From Macrostomum hystrix (lineage: Eukaryota > Animalia > Platyhelminthes): 64,000 nt of DNA. The translations under genes were made by a program, and so were the position numbers. The stretch spans positions 15,004,001 through 15,068,000 of the forward strand of contig CATNEN010000039.1 in the NCBI GenBank assembly GCA_950097015.1, in the 5' to 3' direction. The first letter of the stretch is position 1. Every line of letters begins with the position of its first letter. Positions 27,105-38,713 of this stretch are shown piece by piece. The notes beneath the pieces were generated by a model. The model was not told the origin of the DNA, did no database searches, and saw only the letters and a list, made by a program, of their open reading frames with translations.

Positions 27105-27380
27105 GGGGGGTGCGTGGCAGAGCGGTCTAATGCTTTTGTCACTCGCACCAAGGTCCCTGAGTTCGTTTGGGACGCAGCCGCGTAGAGAAGGCTTGGAGGC
27201 TTGTCGTGCCTGACGATGAGAAAGTCAGGGCAGATGTACACACCTGTGTGAGTGTGTCCTTGCGTACAGTATCTGAGTGCGTGTGTGCTCACGAGTCAGC
27301 GAAATGTGCAGCATTGCCTCCTCGCTGGCTGGAGTTCTAGTGTCACCAAGTGATGTGCCATTTCCGGCTGCCCTCCTGCA

Positions 27381-27413
<33 letters not shown>
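27105..27413 (+). mobile_element. tRNA-derived SINE family 1, copy with (TTA)n tail
   Basis: A-box TGGCAGAGCGG, degenerate B-box GAGTTCG, body shared with the copies at 38500, 57939 and 8385. Confidence 0.85.
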
Positions 27414-27415
<2 letters not shown>

Positions 27416-27534
27416 TTCCAGCCACTGCGGACTCGCAAGAGTTAGAACTGACATCTTTTGCTGCCAAATCAATCGCATCCACTGTTGGCGCAGCAGGCGT
27501 GGCCCTCGCTGAGACCACTCAGCAGCCAATTACG

Positions 27535-28055
27535 ATGCTTGATGAAGAGGAGAGTCTGGACCAGCAGCAGCAGCTGAACCAGCTCACAGCTCCAGCTGGC
27601 GGCTGTCCGCCCAGACGAAGCAGTCTGCCGCATGAGACCGATGCCTGGTCTAGAAAGTCGCCAGCATCGACTGCCGTCGCCGCGTCAGCTGGCGGCTCCT
27701 CAGCCTCCTGCTTGGCCAGGCACGGCTCGGCTAAAGCAACAGTTGGCAATCGCGTCCAGCAGCAGCAGCAGCGCCAGCCTCTGTCCGGTCAGTATCGTCA
27801 GCCTCCACCGTCGGCTTCTCGCAAAGTTGGCGCCCGGCCCCTGGCAAACAGCCTCACGGTTGGCGGGCAGCCTCGCGGTGGGCGTCCGCTTGCTCACAGC
27901 GCCATCATCGCCGCCGCTGCTGCTGCCGCCGCCGCCGCTTCAACCGCATCCAACGCCAACGCCTCAGTCGTCGCCAACGGAGTGGCGGGAGCTGCGAGTG
28001 CCTCGGCCTTGGCGGCCTCTGCCAACGGCGGCAGATCCGGAGCTGGCGGTCACAG
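27535..28055 (+). CDS. RING-CH/MARCH-like gene A, exon 1 (low-complexity N-terminus; start uncertain)
   Basis: GC-rich ORF from ATG 27535; could extend to the acceptor at 27421. Donor CAG|GTGAGC at 28056 (phase 2). RRSSLP..TDAWSRK resembles paralog B RRLSLP..ESDWRRK. Confidence 0.6.
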
Positions 28056-28077
28056 GTGAGCGGGGGACATATCCAAT

Positions 28078-28378
28078 TATGACCGGGGTCATGTCCACTT
28101 ATGACCGGGGTCATGTTCACTTATGACCGAGGTCATGTCCACTTTTGGCCGGGGTCATTCCCACTTATGACCGGGGTCATTTGCATTTATGACCGGGGTC
28201 ATCTCCACTTATGACCGGGGTCATTTCTATTTATGACCGGTGTCATCTCCACTTATGACCGGGGTCATTTCCACTTATGACCGGGGTCATTTCCACTTAT
28301 GACCGGGGTCATTTCCACTTATGACCGGGGTCATTTCCACTTATGACCGGGGTCATTTCCACTTATGACCGGGGTCAT
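28078..28378. repeat. 22-bp minisatellite (TTATGACCGGGGTCATTTCCAC)
   Basis: About 14 units directly after the gene A exon 1 donor. Confidence 0.96.
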
Positions 28379-29256
28379 GACCAATTGTAAGTGGGTGGGT
28401 CTTTTATCATGAGTTGGGATCATGTCACATCATGTGTTCGGATCCCCATTGTGAGTGGGTTTCATGTCTTATCGTGAGATGCTGTCCTGTCCCTATTATA
28501 AGTTGGAGTTTTGCAGCATAATTTGTTGGTGTAGACATGTCCCATTCGGATTTTGGGGTCATGTCTCATTGTGAGTTGGGATAATGCCCCTCTTTGTCCA
28601 CTTGCAAGTGGCGTACATTCATAGGTACTCGAATTATAACTTTCCAATATTTTTCAGTTTTAAATTGACATGATGCAAAATAAGATACACAATTAAGAAA
28701 TAATTAAGATGCGAGGTCATGTATACAGTTCTCATTCTAGTTGATGTGTATCTATTACTCGTTCATTTTCCGTGATCAACTTTGTATTCAACTTTATTTT
28801 AGATTCTCTTTTCATCGCAGGTAAATTATCGGAACACTTTTCGTATCTAGATGGGTCAGAAATTCTTTAGGACTATTTTAGTCTGCATTTTTTTGTCTGT
28901 CTGTCTGTCCTGGGTGTCTGTCTGTCTGTCCTGGGTGTCTGTCTGTCCTGAGTGTCTGTCTGTCTGTCCTGAGTGTCCTGAGTGTCCTTCTGGAAATGTC
29001 TTTATTGTTTCTGTCTGCATGCATTTCTGTAAATCTGTGAATAAATTATCATTGTATTACAATGTATAGTTTCGCAGAATAATCTAATTTAATATTGTTA
29101 TTTTTGCGTAACTTTGCATGAGTTCGCCATATTAGTTGTATTAGAATATGAAAATGGTACAATTTTTAAAGAATGTTTACGTGAAGCAGCGAATCATATA
29201 TGCTTTTCGATACTGCATGCCAAATTTTATTGTCATAGAAAGCAAAATGTTTTTTT

Positions 29257-30744
29257 CCATGAGAAGGAGGCAGATAGTGTCTAACATCTCCATGAGAAGT
29301 AGGCAGATATAGTGTCTAACATCTCCATGAGAAGTAGGCAGATAGAGAGTCTAACATCTCCATGAGAAGTAGGCAGATAGAGAGTCTAACATCTCCATGA
29401 GAAGTAGGCAGATAGAGAGTCTAACATCTCCATGAGAAGTAGGCAGATATAGTGTCTAACATCTCCATGAGAAGTAGGCAGATAGAGTGTCTAACATCTC
29501 CATGAGAAGTAGGCAGATATAGTGTGTAACATATCCATGAGAAGTAGGCAGATAGTGTCTAAAATCTCCATGAGAAGTAGGCAGATAGAGTGTCTAAAAT
29601 CTCAATGAGAAGTAGGCAGATAGTGTCTAAAATCTCCATGAGAAGTAGGTAGATAGATTGTCTAAGATCTCACTGAGAAGGAGGCAGGTAGAGTGTCTAA
29701 GATCTCACTGAGAAGTAGGCAGGTAGAGTGTCTAAGATCTCACTGAGAAGTAGGCAGGTATAGTGTCTGAGATCTCACTAAGAAGTAGGCAGGTAGTGTC
29801 TGAGATCTCACTGAGAAGTAGGCAGGTAGAGTGTCTAAGATCTCACTGAGAAGTAGGCAGTTAGAGTGTCTAAGATCTCACTGAGAAGTAGGCAGGTAGA
29901 GTGTCTAAGATCTCACTGAGAAGTAGGCAGGTAGAGTGTCTAAGATCTCACTGAGAAGTAGGCAGGTAGAGTGTCTGAGATCTCACTGAGAAGTAGGCAG
30001 GTAGAGTGTCTAAGATCTCACTGAGAAGTAGGCAGGTAGAGTGTCTGAGATCTCACTGAGAAGTAGGCAGGTAGAGTGTCTAAGATCTCACTGAGAAGTA
30101 GGCAGGTAGAGTGTCTAAGATCTCACTGAGAAGTAGGCAGGTATAGTGTCTGAGATCTCACTAAGAAGTAGGCAGGTAGTGTCTGAGATCTCACTGAGAA
30201 GTAGGCAGGTAGAGTGTCTAAGATCTCACTGAGAAGTAGGCAGGTAGAGTGTCTGAGATCTCACTGAGAAGTAGGCAGGTAGAGTGTCTAAGATCTCACT
30301 GAGAAGTAGGCAGGTAGAGTGTCTAAGATCTCACTGAGAAGTAGGCAGGTATAGTGTCTGAGATCTCACTAAGAAGTAGGCAGGTAGTGTCTGAGATCTC
30401 ACTGAGAAGTAGGCAGGTATAGTGTCTGAGATCTCACTGAGAAGTAGGCAGTTAGAGTGTCTAAGATCTCACTGAGAAGTAGGCAGGTAGAGTGTCTAAG
30501 ATCTCACTGAGAAGTAGGCAGGTAGAGTGTCTAAGATCTCACTAAGAAGTAGGCAGGTAGAGTGTCTGAGATCTCACTGAGAAGTAGGCAGGTAGAGTGT
30601 CTGAGATCTCACTGAGAAGTAGGCAGGTAGAGTGTCTAAGATCTCACTGAGAAGTAGGCAGGTAGAGTGTCTGAGATCTCACTGAGAAGTAGGCAGGTAG
30701 AGTGTCTGAGATCCCACTGAGAAGTAGGCAGGTAGAGTGTCTAA
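29257..30744. repeat. 35-bp minisatellite with a polar sequence gradient
   Basis: GAGAAGTAGGCAGGTAGAGTGTCTAAGATCTCACT, about 43 copies. Confidence 0.97.
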
Positions 30745-30847
30745 ATGTGTTACTTGACGCTCTTCGTCAATTATTTTATTGTCTAGCATTTGTTCTACTC
30801 TGGCTATCGCAATAAACTCATTCTTGCTCAATCGAAACAATCTGTAG

Positions 30848-31175
30848 GCACTTTAGTGTAAAGCGAGTCGACGAAGTTCAACCGTCGCAGGATTCCGCAG
30901 CCGCCGAAACGGCTGTCGAGTCGCAGCCGGAATCCGACTGCGCCGGCGTTAACTATTCCAGCAAGTCTGAATTCTTAGAAAATCGTCGGCGCCAACAGCA
31001 GATGCTACAGTCGCAGAGTGTCGTAGCGAAAGAACGGCCAGAAATTGGCCAGGATGCCGACTGCAACGGCGCTGACGATCAAACTGTCAGCGGCGGCGAC
31101 GGCTGCTACGATGATGAAGCTGTATTCTGCGACGACCTATGCCCGTTGTGCGACACCTGCGTTAAGAATTCTAGG
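30848..31175 (+). CDS. RING-CH/MARCH-like gene A, exon 2
   Basis: Acceptor tgtag at 30847, phase-compatible open frame HFSVKR...CDDLCPLCDTCVKNSR; donor GTAGGC at 31176. Confidence 0.72.
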
Positions 31176-31191
31176 GTAGGCCATAGTTTGG

Positions 31192-31709
31192 CTCGTGATA
31201 TGATTGGTCGATAGGGGGCGAGTGTGTTCCTCGTGATCCGATTGGTCGATAGGGGGCGAGTGTGTTCCTCGTGATCCGATTGGTCGATAGGGGGCGAGTG
31301 TGTTCCTCGTGATCCGATTGGTCGATAGGGGGCGAGCGTGTTCCTCGTGATCCGATTGGTCGATAGGGGGCGAGCGTGTTCCTCGTGATCCGATTGGTCG
31401 ATAGGGGGCGAGCGTGTTCCTCGTGATCCGATTGGTCGATAGGGGGCGAGTGTGTTCCTCGTGATCCGATTGGTCGATAGGGGGCGAGCGTGTTCCTCGT
31501 GATCCGATTGGTCGATAGGGGGCGAGTGTGTTCCTCGTGATCCGATTGGTCGATAGGGGGCGAGCGTGTTCCTCGTGATCCGATTGGTCGATAGGGGGCG
31601 AGTGTGTTCCTCGTGATCCGATTGGTCGATAGGGGGCGAGCGTGTTCCTCGTGATCCGATTGGTCGATAGGGGGCGAGTGTGTTCCTCGTGATCCAATTG
31701 GTCGATAGG
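31192..31709. repeat. 38-bp minisatellite
   Basis: CTCGTGATCCGATTGGTCGATAGGGGGCGAGTGTGTTC, about 13.5 copies filling gene A intron 2. Confidence 0.97.
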
Positions 31710-31773
31710 AAGCAATGTGTATTTTGTGAATAATGTAACATAAGCAGAGCTTTTATATTCCTTAATTATCTAG

Positions 31774-31941
31774 GGCCGCACATCCGGCATTCAGCTTGAC
31801 GATAATCCGGGCGTAATCCGCTGGCAGAAGCTGCCCTGCCACTGCCCGGATCGCTATTTACACGTGAGCTGCTTGGAGACCGGCTTTTACGAAGACTCTG
31901 TGATCAAAGGCGGCAGACGGAGGCTCATTATTTCTTGTCAG
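31774..31941 (+). CDS. RING-CH/MARCH-like gene A, exon 3
   Basis: Not in the ORF track. Reads IRWQKLPCHCPDRYLHVSCLETGF...ISCQ, nearly identical to paralog B IRWRKLPCDCRDRYLHLSCLETSF; phase 0 at both ends. Confidence 0.82.
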
Positions 31942-32245
31942 GTGCGGCAATTTTATTGTATTAATTTTTTATTACCGTAGTAAAAGTATCATTGCTACCA
32001 TCATTGCTTTATTGTCTATTTGTTCTCTTGCAAGTTGCTATCTTTATTTAATAATTTCAGAGCGGTCATATTCGAGTCTCAATCAAAATTAGAGAGCTTC
32101 AATATAAACTGATTCAAACAGATTCAAAATCATTTTATCATGCTGTATGTACTTCGCATATAATATTCGATTAAATGCTGGCTTCTTTTACCAGCGCGTT
32201 TAGAACCGGAATCTTTGTTGCATTTCGTTTTTTGTTGTCCATTCT

Positions 32246-33008
32246 GCTGTCTGTCTGTCTCTCTGTCTGCCTGTCTGTTTGTCTGTGTCTGTCTGTCTGT
32301 CTGTCTGTCTATCAGTTCTTTTCTGTATGTGTCTGTCAGTATCTGTCTGTCTATCTGTTCTGTCTGTGTCTGTCTGTCTGTGTCTGTCTGTCTATCTGTT
32401 CTGTCTGTGTCTGTCTGTCTGTCTGTGTCTGTCTATCTGTGTCTGTCTATCTGTGTCTGTCTGTCTATCTGTGTCTGTCTATCTGTGTCTGTCTATCTGT
32501 GTCTGTCTGTCTATCTGTGTCTGTCTATCTGTGTCTGTCTATCTGTGTCTGTCTGTCTATCTGTGTCTGTCTATCTGTGTCTGTCTATCTGTGTCTGTCT
32601 GTCTATCTGTGTCTGTCTATCTGTGTCTGTCTGTCTATCTGTGTCTGTCTGTGTCTGTCTGTCTATCTGTGTCTTCCTGTCTATCTGTTCTGTCTGTGTC
32701 TGTCTGTCTATCTGTGTCTGTCTGTCTATCTGTGTCTGTCTGTCTATCTGTTCTGTCTGTGTCTGTCTGTCTATCTGTGTCTGTCTGTCTATCTGTGTCT
32801 GTCTGTCTATCTGTGTCTGTCTGTCTATCTGTGTCTGTCTGTCTATCTGTGTCTGTCTGTCTATCTGTTCTGTCTGTCTATCTGTTCTGTCTGTGTCTGT
32901 CTGTCTATCTGTGTCTGTCTGTCTATCTGTGTCTGTCTGTCTATCTGTGTCTGTCTGTCTATCTGTGTCTGTCTGTCTATCTGTTCTGTCTGTGTCTGTC
33001 TGTCTGTC
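32246..33008. repeat. Compound (TCTG/TCTA/TG)n microsatellite
   Basis: Lies in gene A intron 3. Confidence 0.96.
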
Positions 33009-33200
33009 CTCACCAGTTAAATATCGTGTCATTTCCCTTCGCATCTCGACTTTACACTTTATAGTATTTAGTTAGTTATTGTGCTGGTCAAAACCTGTGC
33101 AGCACAATCTATTTACCCCGCTATCCCTACCAATAGACTCTTTCTATTGTTTGTCAGATTGTTAGCAATGCAAAAAACATTTCCCATTCCCTTCCCGAAG

Positions 33201-33605
33201 GTGTGCCAAGCCCAGCTACTCATTCGCAGGCACCGCGGCCGGCGCGCCTGCGACCACCAGGCCTGCCTGTCCTTCGGCCGACACCTACTCTCAGTCCTGC
33301 TCATCGCTGGCTTCCTCATCTCATTTGGCGCCTGGTCGCTGCTGCATCCTCTCGATGGCCGGCCAACGGTGGTCAACGTCGGCTTAGTTTCATCGGGCTG
33401 TCTGGCCCTGCTGGTGTTCGCCTGCTACGAGTTCTGGCTGCTGCACGGCCGATTCGACTTTGTCATCTCCAGGCTCAACCAGAAGTCAGCTAGTAGGCGA
33501 GGCCTCAGCGGCAACCACAACAACAACAACAATAATAATAATAATAACAATAACAGTACTAGTAACAACAATGACACTACAACAACTGTCTATGTGCAGC
33601 CTTGA
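33201..33605 (+). CDS. RING-CH/MARCH-like gene A, terminal exon (last Cys pair plus two TM helices, poly-Asn tail)
   Basis: The join ISCQ|VCQ completes CxxC; two hydrophobic segments align with paralog B; AATAAA near 33710. Confidence 0.8.
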   Translation: MCQAQLLIRRHRGRRACDHQACLSFGRHLLSVLLIAGFLISFGAWSLLHPLDGRPTVVNVGLVSSGCLALLVFACYEFWLLHGRFDFVISRLNQKSASRRGLSGNHNNNNNNNNNNNNSTSNNNDTTTTVYVQP

Positions 33606-34828
33606 CTGATATATTAAACAGATAATAGTTGATACTTGCGCTGTCTTGCAGCATGCATTGATTGTTTGCACTATCGAATTACCATAGACTTGCTGTTCTC
33701 ATTAAAGCAATAAATTAATTATTAATCTGCAAGTATTCATACAATCCTGGTGACGCAATTACTTTAATAATCTCATCCCCCATTGACTAGCAATGATCGC
33801 CTGTCAGTTTTATATCCAAGTCTATTATTGAACATCTAAATAATTCGATGCCTATTCTAATCTCCGTACTTTTCAGTAGTATCCGAAAGCATTTTAAGCT
33901 GCTATTTTTTTGGTTTTTTTTCAGCCGTAACTTTTTAAAATGTGCAACATTGTGACCCGATCAAATGATATATGAACAGCTAAGTTAGCAGATTTACTGA
34001 TAAATGGCAATGTTAAGCATGATTTGTTGCATTTTAAGCTTTCATTATTTTTGTTATTATTATTACTAGGTAGTACTTGTAGTAGTAATAGTAAGATTAC
34101 TGCAAAGGTGCTTCTTACTGGGCCTTATATTTTTAGTTTCAAAACTCATACATTTTAATAAGTTTTCTAATTCAATTTTTTCTTCTGTTAATCAAAGTTA
34201 TTATAGTTTTCTTTACGCGCTACTCATAGTAGATCATTTTGCCTGCCTTGCTCGACTTTTTTGTACAGGCCTTATTCTAATTGTTTCTTTATGGACGATT
34301 CACGAATTATTATTTGTTATAATGTTGTTTTTTATACAAAACTATTATTACTTTCCTTTCAAACTCGAATACAGTTCTGTACAATATGGGAGCTTGCATT
34401 ATCATTCTGTTTACAAAATGCCTATTTATTTCATTTTTTGCTAGTTTCTTTTCAATCTGTATATATTATTGTTTGACGGCTGAATATTTAACGATTTTTT
34501 CAGCTTGGTTTGTTGCTCCAGAGGATAATCTTTCTTTGTCAGTTAACATTTGTTTTTCTAAACTGTTTCTTAACGAACTAATCTCGGAGCTATTTTTGCT
34601 GCTTTCATCACTTCTGCGGATTCTCAACCTTGCGTGAATTTGTTTCGATTTACAAACTTCCGCCTTTGGAATGCAAATTTCTTTTTTTATTTAAAAACTG
34701 TGTATTTATAGACTTTTCCACGCCTAGCTTTCCTTGTTCGATTTTCCAGTGTCTGTGTCTGCAACGTGCTTTTTAAAATCTAATATCAGCCTATCAATTT
34801 GAAAGATTAACAGCTATGTAATATAAGG

Positions 34829-35138
34829 CTAGCCTTAATGACTTACGCAGTGACGTGGAGTGATTTGATTGGCTGAAGGGAGAGTAGCCTTGATGACTCA
34901 TGCAGTGACGTGGAGTGATTTGATTGGCTGAAGGGAGACTAGCCATGATGACTCATGCAGTGACGTGGAGTGATTTGATTGGCTGAAGGGAGACTAGCCA
35001 TGATGACTCATGCAGTGACGTGGAGTGATTTGATTGGCTGAAGGGAGAGTAGCCTTGATGACTCATGTAGTGACGTGGAGTGATTTGATTGGCTGAGCTA
35101 GAGGAGGCTAGCCTTGGTGACTCATCCTGTGACGTGGG
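34829..35138. repeat. 55-bp minisatellite carrying AP-1, CRE-like and CCAAT motifs
   Basis: About 5.5 units; period 55 (GACTCA at 34895 and 34950). Confidence 0.95.
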
Positions 35139-35975
35139 CATCTTATAATTAAACGCTTCTGGTAATTTTTCTCAAAGAGAGCATACTCTTATTTTAAGTT
35201 TTCGGTTTAATTTTTCAATAGCAAATTAGCCGCAAAAAATCGGTGAACGTGTTTTTTATGTAACTCAAACCAATATATTTCTTTAAATTATTAACTATTG
35301 CTTTCTTGTTGTTTCAGTTGTAAGAAAAATTCAGAAGCAATAATTTAAAAGTCTCGCTTTTTGTCACTGACATTTCGTCATCAGTTCGCAGCTGTCGCTG
35401 TTTCACTAATGCTGCGCGAGAGTATATTTTCTCACGAGCTCGCTACAATGTTAATACAATACATTAACTGATGCTGCCGTTGCAGCTCAGTTCCATTCGA
35501 GAGCAAAAATATCAATCGTTCTTTGGTTCTGTTCTTTTTAACAGTCGCAATGCAAAGCCTTCTTGAAGCCTATTTGAAGCATCACATTGAATCGTTTAAT
35601 AATATAAATAATAATAAATAATAATAATAAATATTAATTGTTATTAAAAACTTACAGAATGCGGACCAGTACAACAGAAAAAAATTGTGCTCCGAAATTG
35701 TTTAAGAAAATAGTAAACGAAAAGCAGTTTTCTTTAACAAAATGTAATTAATCGATAAAAATCTCTAAAATATATCGTGTCGAAGACTATTACATTTTCT
35801 AGTAAACTTGCCGTTAAATTATTTCGATTTATAAAACGGCATTCAAAGGTTGTGGCATCGCTATTGGCTTAAAACTGTCACGTGATCGTTTGCCTCCTCC
35901 AATAGCGGGCGTCGGCGTGCGCGTTCGCCGCTAATAGAAACAGCCCGGAAAATACAACTATCGAACGGAAATCAT

Positions 35976-36408
35976 TCAAACGCCGGCCTCGTGTTCCATG
36001 CCGTCAAATCCACCATTGACCGCCGCAGCTGCTGTTGCTGCTGATGCTGCTGCTGATGATGAAGATCCCGCAGCAACTCGCGCGAAGGCGAACTCGAAGC
36101 GACCATTCAGCAGGCGCAGCTCCAGGCAGGCGAAGCCGAGCAGCGTCAGGCAGCCCGCTGCCACCAAGCTGGCGTTCACCACCGTCACTCGCCTGGTCGG
36201 AGCTCCGCCGGCAACTTCGGCATGCTCCACCAGCATCGACCAGGCGCCGAAGGCCAGCAGGAGGCCGGCGACCAGGCCGGCGCAGGACAGGTGCCTGGCG
36301 AAGGCCAGCCAGGCCGACCGGTTGCATGTCCGACGGCCGCGTTGTCGACGAACCCGCAGCTGGACCTGGCAGCTGCGGCAGCTGATGGTCAGCTGGCGAT
36401 GACCGCCC
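35976..36408 (-). CDS. RING-CH/MARCH-like gene B, terminal exon (CxxC plus two TM helices)
   Basis: Acceptor cacag; GGHRQLTISCRSCQVQLRVRRQRGRRTC...FGAWSML...VVNASLVAAGCL aligns with gene A. Confidence 0.82.
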
Positions 36409-36593
36409 CTGTGAGCGGTTTTGTTTGCTCCAGTTGAGATTTGGAGAATGATATGTCTATGTGCCCGAATTCTTAGGAATATTCTAATTCTGTGTCTCGG
36501 GTTTCTAACCTATACTTTTGACAGAGCGGTCACGAGTTCGATTCTCGATGCTCGTTCGATTCAAACGAACCAATCGATCGATGACCACCCCTA

Positions 36594-36946
36594 GTCCATG
36601 GACACATCTACAGTCCATGGACCCACACCTCCAGTCCATGGACCCACACCTCCAATCCATGGACCCACAACTCCAGTCCATGGACCTACACCTCCAGTCC
36701 ATGGACCCACAACTCCAGTCCATGGACCCACACCTCCAGTCCATGGACCCACAACTCTAGTCCATGGACCCACAACTCCAGTCCATGGACACACACCTCC
36801 AGTCCATGGACCCACACCTCCAATCCATGGAACCACAACTCCCGTCCATGGACCCACAACTCCAGTCCATGGACCCACAACTCCAGTCCATGGACACACA
36901 CCTCCAGTCCATGGACCCACACCTCCAGTCCATGGAACCACACCTA
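36594..36946. repeat. 21-bp minisatellite (CCAGTCCATGGACCCACACCT)
   Basis: About 17 units in gene B intron 2. Confidence 0.96.
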
Positions 36947-37008
36947 CTCGTATCAATATCTAGCCTGAAATCCCACCCTGTCTCTCAGCCCTATTCCAGC
37001 CAGCTCAC

Positions 37009-37482
37009 TTGTAGGCCGCATCCTCGTCGAAGCTGGTCTCCAGGCAGCTCAGATGAAGGTACCGATCGCGACAGTCGCAGGGCAGCTTGCGCCAGCGAAT
37101 CGCTCTGGGCGAATCGTCTTCCTGTTCTTCGTCTTCTTCATCGTCGTCGTCTTCTTCTTTTTCGTTGCCCACAGAGGGGTTTGAGGATGCAGCCGCGGCC
37201 ACTTCGACGCCGCCGGCGCAGCCGCTCGGCGCGGCGACGCAGCGATGGCAGAGTAGGCACAGGTCGCTGTCGTCGCAGCCACCGGCCGCGGGGTCGTTCG
37301 AGTGCACGCTGAACCTGTGCCGATGCCGATGCCGATGCCAACGCGGCGGCAGCTGCCTCGGCCTCGTCAGTGGCATCCTGGCCAGCGGCTGGTGCGGCGG
37401 CAGCGGCGGCGGTGTCAACGACGATGACGGCGTCGATTCAACCGACGGTTCCGCCGATCGATCCGCAGCTGCCGACTCGCTT
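37009..37482 (-). CDS. RING-CH/MARCH-like gene B, exon 2
   Basis: Acceptor cgcag with an in-frame stop just upstream; DLCLLCHRCV, acidic tract, then LPCDCRDRYLHLSCLE; donor GTGAGC (phase 2). Confidence 0.8.
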
Positions 37483-37634
37483 CTGCGCGTGATTTACCAG
37501 GAATCACTTGGGATCTTAACCGCTCCTGTTATCATCAATGGTATCTGTAACCTGATTTCCTACCTGTCAATCACCTGTTATCATACCAGTCTCTTACCTG
37601 TTATCTCAATTATGTCTCACCTTTTATCTTAATT

Positions 37635-37950
37635 GTCTCTTACCGGTTGTCCTACATGTATCTCACCTGTTGTCCTACCTGTATCTCACCGGTTGTCCTA
37701 CCTGTATCTCACCGGTTGTCCTACCTCTATCTCACCTGTTGCCCTATCTGTATCTAACCTGTTGTATTATCTGTATCTCACCTGTTTTCCTATCTGTATC
37801 TCACCTGTTGTCCTATCTGTATCTCACCTGTTTTACTATCTGTATCTCACCTGTTTTACTATCTGTATCTCACCTGTTGTCCTATCTGTATCTCACCTGT
37901 TGTCTTACCTGTATCTCACCTGTTGTCTTACCTGTATCTCACCTGTTGTA
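37635..37950. repeat. 23-bp minisatellite (TGTATCTCACCTGTTGTCCTACC)
   Basis: In gene B intron 1; shares the TCTCACCTGTT core with the 53-kb and 61-kb arrays. Confidence 0.93.
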
Positions 37951-38499
37951 TTACCCATCCTTTGTCTCACCCGACCATCACTTTTTTGTCCCACAAGTCT
38001 GTTGTCCCCAACTGTTTAAAAAGGTTTTTAGATTTAAAAGATTTTCTCAATTTTCTGGGTTATCAAATTGTACGTACACGCGGTGCGTTAGTAGACTGCT
38101 ACTATTTTACTATCTGAATTTTTCAACCCAAGTCTGCATGGAAGTCAGAAGTTTTACAATTCAATGTGCTTTTATTACTTGGCGATTCGAAAAGAAATTC
38201 TGAAAGCAATATACAGGCCGGTGAGTTGCGATAAAGTCGACTGCATTCACGTTGAATACGCGTGAGACGGAATGCCCAGACTTTTTCTCACATAGTTTTT
38301 CGATTAAAAAATGTTTTAGTAACGCACCCGTAAATTTTGCTAAGGCTGTCGTCAATGACAACGTCAACTTCGATAGAATCAGCTTCGATTTCGTTGTCGC
38401 GAGTATCGGACTGGATGTCAACAGATCTGAAACCGATTTTTTCGGATATTTTATAGGTCATCAAATGATGCGCCTGTTTGCACAATATGCCATGCTGGT

Positions 38500-38682
38500 A
38501 AGTGGCAGAGCGATCTAACGCGTTTGCCTCTCGCACCAAGGTCCTAGAGTTCGATTCCACGGCGAGGCCACATTTAATTGGGGCGCAGCCGCGGAGAGAA
38601 GGCTTGGGGGCTTGTCGTGCAATTTAAGCCCTTGAGGGCCAACCTCCAAGGCACATTGACAGTGTACACTGCCTGACGATGT
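38500..38682 (+). mobile_element. SINE family 1, 5' portion
   Basis: GTGGCAGAGCGATCTAACGCG...GAGTTCGATTCC...GCAGCCGCGGAGAGAAGGCTTGG. Confidence 0.82.
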
Positions 38683-38713
38683 CATTATTACGTTACAATA
38701 GACATAACCTTAC

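Noticed and set aside
27277-27534. Signal-peptide-like N-terminus of the 260-aa ORF
   Set aside because: Starts at GTG inside a SINE and the poly-Leu is its (TTA)n tail; not accepted as CDS without transcript data.
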